Assembly: GCF_037042905.1 (NCBI RefSeq)
Contig: NC_087251.1
Coordinates: 37,326,001 to 37,390,000 of the forward strand
From: Lytechinus pictus
Lineage: Eukaryota
Direction of reading: 5' to 3'
DNA length: 64,000 nt
Below the pieces are notes generated by a model. The model did not search any database and was not told the origin of the DNA. It saw only the letters and a program-made list of their open reading frames with translations. The position numbers were made by a program, and so were the translations under genes. Shown piece after piece: positions 62,801 through 64,000 of this stretch. The number at the start of each line of letters is the position of its first letter. Position 1 is the stretch's first letter.

Positions 62801-63058
62801 AACTTCTAAAATGGTTCTTTACTTCAAGAGAACATACAACAGAACAGACAGATGGATAGACAACCAAAAACAAGCCTCCAGCAACCATATACTGTAGGTA
62901 GAGTCATACATGTATAACAAATAATACATTACTTCAGCAGTTATGGTTAATATCATCATTTATTAACCAATCATTAATTATCAATTATTAAACTATTAAA
63001 CTTTATGTCTTACCCATGTCTCCTTTGTCATAGTAGCTATGGCATCCAATGTTTCCAT
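407..63058 (-). CDS. WDPCP: WDPCP/fritz, partial spliced CDS of 19 exons (~546 codons); first and last exons lie outside the window
   Basis: Exons in transcription order: 63014-63058, 62233-62274, 61717-61787, 60492-60669, 58443-58579, 54648-54725, 52733-52836, 51785-51847, 42553-42643, 41514-41550, 40424-40494, 39925-39975, 38451-38522, 28878-28969, 19476-19574, 17992-18097, 15268-15382, 13570-13693, 407-470. All have AG/GT ends, phases join, and there are no stops. Peptides match motifs I recall from vertebrate WDPCP (WTxKNRRPxKLRD, EKDRANL, EDKLxLGCxD, FDMAL, SAIVNHLLR, LETSLGxFYAP, RYQRFEKAFLLAVD). Confidence 0.95.
791..1028. mobile_element. Harbinger-like MITE (GGCCCC..CTTAC family)
   Basis: TIR GGCCCCATCTTAC; CAG on the right flank; sister copies at 14409 and 16556. 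Confidence 0.75.
1687..2624. mobile_element. Tc1/mariner-type non-autonomous element
   Basis: TA TSD; ~29-bp TIR CAGTGCGTAT(C)AAAAAAAAGTTTACACTT. Confidence 0.85.
3516..4718 (-). mobile_element. Non-autonomous Helentron-type element (HINE) with ~6 internal repeats of ~150-190 bp
   Basis: Sub-TIR GTCTCGCCTGCAT/ATGCAGGCGAGAC; inner inverted repeat AGTCTCGC; AACAAG terminus; tgacctttgacct core shared with 21180-22038. Confidence 0.75.
4731..5313. mobile_element. Kolobok-like MITE, family A, copy 1
   Basis: TTAA TSD; AGGAGAATGAAAC/GTTTCATTCTCCT termini; long imperfect palindrome. Confidence 0.85.
6020..7494 (-). mobile_element. Truncated CR1/L2-group LINE (RT core plus 3' end)
   Basis: ORF 6902..7531 has QFGFRPGHST, VFIDLRRAFDSV, GVPQGSILGPLLF and YADD; it continues with stops toward an AATA-rich tail near 6020. 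Confidence 0.9.
7495..9459. mobile_element. Non-autonomous TIR element carrying a 110-bp tandem array; superfamily unresolved
   Basis: TTAA on both sides; imperfect TIR GCTTGTAAACCG/CGATTTTAGAAGC; many CGAT motifs near both ends. Confidence 0.55.
7740..8866. repeat. 110-bp tandem repeat, ~10 copies
   Basis: ttcaacctcgtggtgatagcgga at 7871, 7981, 8091 ... 8751. Confidence 0.95.
10135..10400 (+). mobile_element. Degenerate 3' fragment of the same LINE family
   Basis: gcgagctttctctgc...gaagtcttatctttt...ctatataaatg matches 17070-17290. Confidence 0.75.
11443..12333. mobile_element. PIF/Harbinger MITE interrupted by a Kolobok-like element
   Basis: TIR AGG..ACCGCACACC; same family as 18324-18740 in the opposite orientation. 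Confidence 0.7.
11652..12233. mobile_element. Kolobok-like MITE, family B, nested in 11443-12333
   Basis: AGGTCAAGTCCACC/GGTGGACTTGTCCT termini; GTAA and TTAA flanks. Confidence 0.75.
12379..12963. mobile_element. Kolobok-like MITE, family A, copy 2
   Basis: TTAA TSD; near-identical to 4731-5313. Confidence 0.85.
13570..13693 (-). CDS. WDPCP: WDPCP exon (AALETSLGSFYAPLRPL...ARRFFQFLLR)
   Basis: tgtag|CT...AG|gttag; 124 nt. Confidence 0.95.
13880..14045 (-). mobile_element. CORE-like SINE fragment (others near 31985-32065 and 40990-41048)
   Basis: Minus strand reads ggcaaggc...ctctctacacaggtgttaaatgggtacc. Confidence 0.5.
14409..14679. mobile_element. Harbinger-like MITE (same family as 791-1028)
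   Basis: CAG TSD; ~40-bp TIR GGCCCCGTCTTACAAAGAGTTACGATTGATCCGATCAATCG. Confidence 0.82.
15268..15382 (-). CDS. WDPCP: WDPCP exon (ATHLLSALNW...SAIVNHLLRLPLNAVRE)
   Basis: attag|GC...AG|gtaag; 115 nt. Confidence 0.94.
16014..16218. mobile_element. Short MITE (ATACC..GTTCCCACTG family)
   Basis: ataccgagttcccactgtc / gacagtggggacgaggtat; a second, interrupted copy lies at 16389-17670. Confidence 0.6.
16556..17627. mobile_element. Harbinger-like MITE(s) of the same family, partly duplicated, carrying a LINE 3' fragment
   Basis: CTG and CAG flanks; right TIRs near 17405 and at 17627; itself nested in a MITE at ~16389-17670. Confidence 0.7.
16716..17305 (+). mobile_element. 5'-truncated L2/CR1-group LINE, 3' end
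   Basis: KLQYAQNTAARVLTG...HISPILQKLHWLPIRKR...RAFSASAPSLWNNLP...FKSKLKSYLF followed by a (TAT)n tail. Confidence 0.88.
17992..18097 (-). CDS. WDPCP: WDPCP exon (GPLVLVQMGLGVMSRGSLG...DQIDE)
   Basis: tgcag|AG...AA|gtaagt; 106 nt; lies inside ORF 17965..18147. Confidence 0.93.
18324..18740. mobile_element. PIF/Harbinger MITE
   Basis: TAA TSD; TIR GACCGCACACCTTACGACTGGTCTG; nested in an older MITE at 18127-18820. Confidence 0.8.
19162..19391. mobile_element. Degenerate Tc1-type MITE
   Basis: ta|cagcggtg..aattagtg..ccc.ccagaaa and its inverse. Confidence 0.55.
19476..19574 (-). CDS. WDPCP: WDPCP exon (LESHIVDLSW...DSMLITLNR)
   Basis: tgtag|AC...AG|gtaat; 99 nt; phase 2-2 matches both neighbours. 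Confidence 0.88.
19530..22160. repeat. 190-bp tandem array (88 + 102 bp subunits) derived from a WDPCP intron/exon junction, interrupted by an insertion at 21180-22038
   Basis: Motif gtctacaaaaggaaaacaaaatgata recurs at 19573, 19661, 19763, 19851, 19953 ... 21166 and 22127. Confidence 0.95.
21180..22038 (-). mobile_element. Non-autonomous Helentron-type element (HINE; DINE-1/pearl-like) with ~157-bp internal tandem repeats
   Basis: Sub-TIR GTCTCGCCCAC/GTGGGCGAGAC; extra inner inverted repeat near 22010; GACG-type microsatellite at 21976-21995; CTTGTT end; no TSD. Confidence 0.75.
22529..22865 (-). repeat. 3' LTR of the BEL element (337 bp)
   Basis: Direct repeat of 28323-28659. Confidence 0.95.
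22866..22877 (-). other. Polypurine tract of the BEL element
   Basis: AGGGGGTTGGGA directly abuts the 3' LTR. Confidence 0.75.
23060..28285 (-). CDS. BEL/Pao Gag-Pol polyprotein, 1741 aa
   Basis: Domain order is Gag (FPTFNGD; Cys/His knuckles), protease (LIDGGSQ), RT (ADISKMF...YMDD), RNase H (HGFSDAS, WTDS, ENAAD), integrase (HALH...CIPC, VDYLGP, SDNAT, GAVER). The motifs are typical of BEL/Pao. Confidence 0.97.
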   Translation of the reverse strand: MADTKALKVSRRNLKGQLTRTLTAIVNLSNDSADTSLLKQYIDKAEEQFARVEETHAELVQVIENDVEFEAEETWMVNCEADFVQKINDGRKILSKQLSPSSINQASNQQSTTPPSSPAPTSRNQSAGACAPRMARLKFPTFNGDIREYQRFKEMFQHCTKELSEIECFFQLSESMMSQKERNLVKSCSSVARAWEMLDQRFDDKDRVVDRLLQDLDSLKPYESKGKVNLPAMANFIQVLQNFECQAETIGLAGEMNSRIMLSQIKLKLPEEHRILYYKSVRDDNTDDSLSGLSKWLYQQHILIEKSKSTTSESLEPTKRVSKSFNAAMSREDTSTAHIPKCPLHPKTSSHYLKTCNKFRSLALKEKFDVMKSNNICFRCGHNNCISGKPPYDHSKCQFRSPCRVQMCGSDEHFPAICTKAHDDARDQSRRVSANQEDIVRPMHSNSSVQSSTSTEVGKLQATLPTVMGFLRCGNKRHPVRILIDGGSQATLVRTGIFSRIDGDCYQDHDLSLVGGSIIKRKLRILECEIEDSQGNCSYPLRAIEIEKPCGDIPVITPEQLKSYDHLTGVNIDEASSPVIDLLLGVDNTHLMVWEEYIRGGRPDEPVAVRCPLGWFIQGGPSNTAPLLNYVNVVASGSLEEFIGLETAGLEPRKCKCISDDEKGATESMMKSVNQLPDGSYEIRLPWKRSPEGLPDNYEYAVKRQKSLENQFRNRPKEWEVYCRQMKDQLERGVSRLVTQDELQQDRETGNKMWFLPHFAVVKDSKTTPVRVVYDGKAKFQGHSLNDYLIKGENVNSNLFEVALRFRENEVGVIADISKMFQAIKIPPDDARFHRFVFRENPNYPMQVYELRTVTFGDKPSPTAAIVTLRHVASEHAPDDDKLQTVITEQFYMDDLNESVRTTEEALELKSKLTDTLKKGNFNIRKWQSNVKKVCDETENTETATVLGTSWDLSKDTLSVKKVKPSDDTTLTKRKILAQTASYYDVFGMLSGLLVRPKILLQMLWQIDLDWDSPIDKSSELYAMMSKINRDLDKMDGIEIPRCLIPEPYRGKRPLPTAYMHGFSDASEDAMGFAVWLRWSHTDSQQAHLSFVCARSRVTPLKQTSMPRKELQALLLLSRLMYTIRSALRLNIEGWKIWTDSMTVISWLRGQSKTFRSYVAHRVGEITSEFDPYSDIAYVPTDENAADLISRGGDVTDMQEVIDGPGFLRLPPQSWPKTPENIPVKPGDPERKKFHSRNSKTFALSVNAVSKNSPIVDATKFSSWSRLQMVTARVLSLKELPRNQWLKQLIRQISEWPSQRMIKEAELYWVRQAQKGIDFQDPNIQKLSPFFDEDQQVYRVGGRLGRAPLSYDVRHPYLLPKNSHISFLLVRDRHLHALHGGHLRTANEVRKRYWIVGDMNIARRVVRCCIPCRQYRGRPAHQRMADLPEFRISPCSPPFKTTLVDYLGPVMVKLNRNTTTKGYCALFTCAVTRAVHLTVVQDLSTQAFLQALERFVSVRGAPAMMVSDNATCFRGADNTINELNLKLNQTQVREHCQRFKIEWKFGPPGGPHHQGAVERMVQEVKKAMRHLVKADRLTFVEWETIFCRISGLINSRPLTAMSSSPMDHPPITPNHFLIGRGELTCPDIPCEDYKGDPRKRRELCNKMVDGFWHRWLGYIHKLTPRQKWQHSAENLEKNDIVLVIGDDKRRGSWKMAEVVDTKPGQDGLVRIVEVKFADGTCANRPITKLVSLMKREERSDI
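28309..28318 (-). other. Non-tRNA primer-binding site candidate (TTCAACAACT)
   Basis: Starts 4 nt after the 5' LTR; exact complement of AGTTGTTGAA at 28454-28445; no TGG follows the LTR. Confidence 0.65.
28323..28659 (-). repeat. 5' LTR of the BEL element (337 bp)
   Basis: On the minus strand: TATA-like TAATACAAAA starting at 28481, Inr-like CAGTT with predicted start at 28454, ATTAAA at 28402-28397. Confidence 0.95.
28878..28969 (-). CDS. WDPCP: WDPCP exon (CFDMALNTLFF...LSLTTHFR)
   Basis: tgcag|TG...AG|gtgag; 92 nt; FDMAL motif. Confidence 0.92.
29396..30033 (+). mobile_element. Solo LTR (638 bp), probably Gypsy-type
   Basis: TGTTA...CGACA ends; 4-bp TSD CTAT; CCAAT at 29659, TATAAA at 29719 and ATTAAA at 29939 in U3-R-U5 order. 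Confidence 0.8.
34650..35145 (+). mobile_element. L2/CR1-group LINE 3' fragment inside an Academ-like element
   Basis: YKLGVLVFKAL...PTRSLRS...DRAF...PKLWNSLP...LKTFLF; (CAT)n-like tail. Confidence 0.8.
35480..36490 (+). mobile_element. Degraded non-LTR retrotransposon fragments
   Basis: Remnants resembling KAxGPDGI and NYxPI, with many stops. Confidence 0.4.
38451..38522 (-). CDS. WDPCP: WDPCP exon (VPQFISWHPGDSVFVVGSTAGKIQ)
   Basis: accag|GT...AG|gtaca; 72 nt. Confidence 0.9.
39925..39975 (-). CDS. WDPCP: WDPCP exon (VLYNESKRVTQFIQTDL)
   Basis: aacag|GT...TG|gtagg; 51 nt. Confidence 0.88.
40424..40494 (-). CDS. WDPCP: WDPCP exon (SPVLTYGRNHNEDKLVLGCADCRL)
   Basis: tccag|CT...TG|gtaat; 71 nt. 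Confidence 0.92.
41514..41550 (-). CDS. WDPCP: WDPCP micro-exon (IQRASVTAIPLK)
   Basis: ttcag|AT...AT|gtaag; 37 nt. Confidence 0.9.
41864..41897. repeat. (AT)n microsatellite
   Basis: Read directly. Confidence 0.95.
42060..42542. mobile_element. hAT-like MITE with a 6-bp TSD
   Basis: CAGAGCTGCCAA/TTGGCAGGTCTG termini; TATAAC on both sides. Confidence 0.8.
42553..42643 (-). CDS. WDPCP: WDPCP exon (LNQPRHIHTLEV...IDTCIYECSRSR)
   Basis: gatag|CT...GG|gtgagt; 91 nt. Confidence 0.92.
43200..43520 (-). mobile_element. Truncated copy of the 3516-4718 HINE family
   Basis: cgcctgcattac...agcagcagtgct and tgacctttgacc repeats match 3543-3900. Confidence 0.75.
43530..44441 (+). mobile_element. Degenerate L1/Tx1-type LINE ORF2 3' region, continuing at 51036-51310
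   Basis: LWYNKNV...LFYYSVWYVKGIKTVQD; FHKAIATNAF|LYRIK...LCSFCNQLSESTKHF (C-terminal Zn-finger) is joined across the insertion. Confidence 0.7.
46580..47075. repeat. ~50-bp minisatellite, partly inverted
   Basis: gatgtagacatgacgagatc...tcatctgatcatctctcc units at 46780-47070; inverse units at 46620-46745. Confidence 0.8.
47075..48245 (+). mobile_element. Heavily degraded non-LTR retrotransposon RT (Vingi/Ingi-like)
   Basis: Frameshifted remnants: WLVSLFNN, RKAKVI, KPGKDP, SYRPIAL, LYKLLEHLIL, QAGF, QGSVLA. Confidence 0.6.
48847..49430. mobile_element. Kolobok-like MITE, family A, copy 3
   Basis: TTAA TSD; the empty site is visible in the sister repeat near 49985 (ttttttaagtgctatgatcagac). 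Confidence 0.88.
51785..51847 (-). CDS. WDPCP: WDPCP exon (TKLEEISFVRTENEPFAVDFS)
   Basis: ttcag|AA...AG|gtatgt; 63 nt. Confidence 0.9.
52535..52702. mobile_element. Short palindromic MITE
   Basis: TGTTTCATGA..GTCAGCACT inverted repeat with CTG flanks. Confidence 0.55.
52733..52836 (-). CDS. WDPCP: WDPCP exon (ILAWWATASETSLQWAPPVAAEKDRANLFVYAVNG)
   Basis: gttag|AT...GG|gtaag; 104 nt. Confidence 0.93.
53334..53736. mobile_element. Second copy of the 6-bp-TSD MITE
   Basis: CAGACCTGCCAACC perfect TIR; TTAAAA on both sides; interior matches 42160-42540. Confidence 0.82.
54648..54725 (-). CDS. WDPCP: WDPCP exon (LSYLDLPGPKNKKLKRTLSVNTTQEW)
   Basis: ttcag|CT...GG|gtaag; 78 nt. Confidence 0.9.
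54963..56839. mobile_element. Non-autonomous hAT-like (or P-like) element
   Basis: TIR CAAGGCTC.ACATTA; subterminal GGGC(C/A)ACCA repeats; CCTTAAT duplicated. Confidence 0.75.
56913..57043. mobile_element. Short palindromic Harbinger-like MITE (related copy at 13011-13136)
   Basis: GGTCCC.TAACA.AAA TIR with CWG flanks. Confidence 0.65.
58024..58416 (+). mobile_element. tRNA-derived SINE with a Deu/Nin-like central domain
   Basis: A box TGGCTCAGTG; B box GTTCAAGTCC; core cggataggacattaaa...gcacgttaagaacccactgcactattcg...aagagtagggg; (AAT)n tail. Confidence 0.8.
58443..58579 (-). CDS. WDPCP: WDPCP exon (AVMTSNFIM...EKLSSLDPK)
   Basis: ttcag|CT...AG|gtaat; 137 nt; lies inside ORF 58227..58595. 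Confidence 0.92.
58622..58963. mobile_element. Kolobok-like MITE, family C
   Basis: TTAA TSD; TIR AGGGATGGTCCGGGCTGAAA. Confidence 0.85.
60043..60351. mobile_element. Harbinger-like MITE
   Basis: 3-bp TSD AAT; TIR GGCCCGTATTCTGAAGTC; a related copy lies at 18127-18820. Confidence 0.8.
60492..60669 (-). CDS. WDPCP: WDPCP exon (ELLASHEIV...VIDKSLQGKVPPSITH)
   Basis: aaaag|GA...CG|gtaagt; 178 nt; lies inside ORF 60439..60777. Confidence 0.9.
61212..61609. mobile_element. Palindromic MITE with GAG...CTC termini (Sola-like?)
   Basis: Long imperfect inverted arms (taccatattttg/caaaatatggta; aaaaccccaacaacc/ggttgtgggggtttt). Confidence 0.5.
61717..61787 (-). CDS. WDPCP: WDPCP exon (RDQVWTPKNRRPDKLRDLLKEAE)
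   Basis: tgtag|GT...AG|gtagg; 71 nt; conserved motif. Confidence 0.93.
62233..62274 (-). CDS. WDPCP: WDPCP exon (VNTGYMDQKQQYFES)
   Basis: tttag|TT...AA|gtaagt; 42 nt; phase 1-1; fills the expected gap between its neighbours. Confidence 0.75.
63014..63058 (-). CDS. WDPCP: WDPCP exon (GNIGCHSYYDKGDM)
   Basis: tttag|AT...GG|gtaag; 45 nt; resembles the IGxYxYYDK motif. Confidence 0.85.
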
Positions 63059-63417
63059 CTAAATTTTATATGAAATTATCACAACAGATGATAGAATGAT
63101 GAACTATGCAAAAGCACTTTATCAATGTGCATTTCCATGTTTGGATTAATTATCATATCATCTTGGTTCAATGAGTTATGCCAAGAAATATATATTATCA
63201 TATCACGTAACAGGGGCATTAATAGTAAAATAAAATTAGACACCTATCAAAACAGATATTACTTTCATGATGCAACAGACAGATTTACAACTTTCACTCT
63301 ATGCTTAAAGCATCATAACATCTCAATTCATCTTCACTTGTCAAACAATTAAGGGAAGAATTAAAGTTGACAACTTTATCGGGTATTAGTTACTGTATAG
63401 TATTATCATTATTTTTT

Positions 63418-63492
63418 TATTATTACTATTATTATTATTAGTAGTAGTAGTACTAGTAGCAGCAGCAGCAGTAGTAGTAGTAGTATCATTAT
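63418..63492. repeat. Compound (TAT)n(TAG)n(CAG)n microsatellite
   Basis: Read directly. Confidence 0.9.
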
Positions 63493-63517
63493 TATATTTT
63501 TATTGTTATTATACTAG

Positions 63518-64000
63518 CAGAGATGCCAACTTTTGGAAATCAGAATTAGGGAGGATTTGCAACCGACACCAAATTATGTGCGCATAGCGCACATCTCGAG
63601 CGCGGAGCGCTCGACCCTTGCGGCCGGGGTCGAGGGCCCGCCTTAGGGCCCTGGAAGCTCTGGGTTTCTAGATGCTCTCTGGTGCAATCTGACCCTTATT
63701 TTGGAGCATTTCACATGTTTTTAAAAAAACATTGTTCCCACTTTTTTGACATAAAAATAAAAATATCAAATATGCGTATGTAAAAAAAATGAGGGGACAA
63801 TAGAAGAAAAGTACCTGTTCAACTATAATAATAAGGAATTATCCTCTTTATTATTATTAAAGCGCGGGTAACGTCTTCCTCCTCGCTGGTCCCTTGCTTG
63901 GTGAAATAAGTCAACAGGGTACTAGTGGAGCTCGAAGATCTCGTCTTCGCAATGTCCGTATGCCGTTTGCTCCCTACGTGCTTCCGAATATCATCACGAC
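63518..64000. mobile_element. Left end of a CAGA..TGCCAAC element running off the window
   Basis: Terminus resembles those at 42060 and 53334; GC-rich interior; other end not seen. Confidence 0.45.

Noticed and set aside
63059..64000. WDPCP first exon, promoter or CpG island
   Set aside because: I found no N-terminal coding match; the CpG-rich stretch follows a transposon-like terminus at 63518.

Overview
This is AT-rich animal genomic DNA. The repeat repertoire (Deu-domain SINE, Kolobok, Harbinger and Academ MITEs, Helentron-type non-autonomous elements) suggests an invertebrate deuterostome such as a sea urchin; this is inference. The whole window lies inside one minus-strand gene that the ORF track almost entirely misses: WDPCP/fritz, a CPLANE/PCP effector. 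I read 19 GT-AG coding exons by hand (63058 down to 407, 1640 nt, phases consistent throughout); the first and last exons are outside the window. The introns are packed with nested transposons. The main element is an intact BEL/Pao LTR retrotransposon (22529-28659, minus strand) with 337-bp LTRs that appear identical, a 5-bp TSD (ACAAA) and a single 1741-aa gag-pol ORF. Its primer-binding site has no tRNA-type TGG. Instead it is the exact 10-nt complement of the predicted 5' end of its own transcript, which suggests Tf1-like self-priming in a BEL/Pao element. A second oddity is a 190-bp tandem array that has multiplied the 3' splice site of one WDPCP exon about 18 times. All alignments were done by eye; no searches were run.
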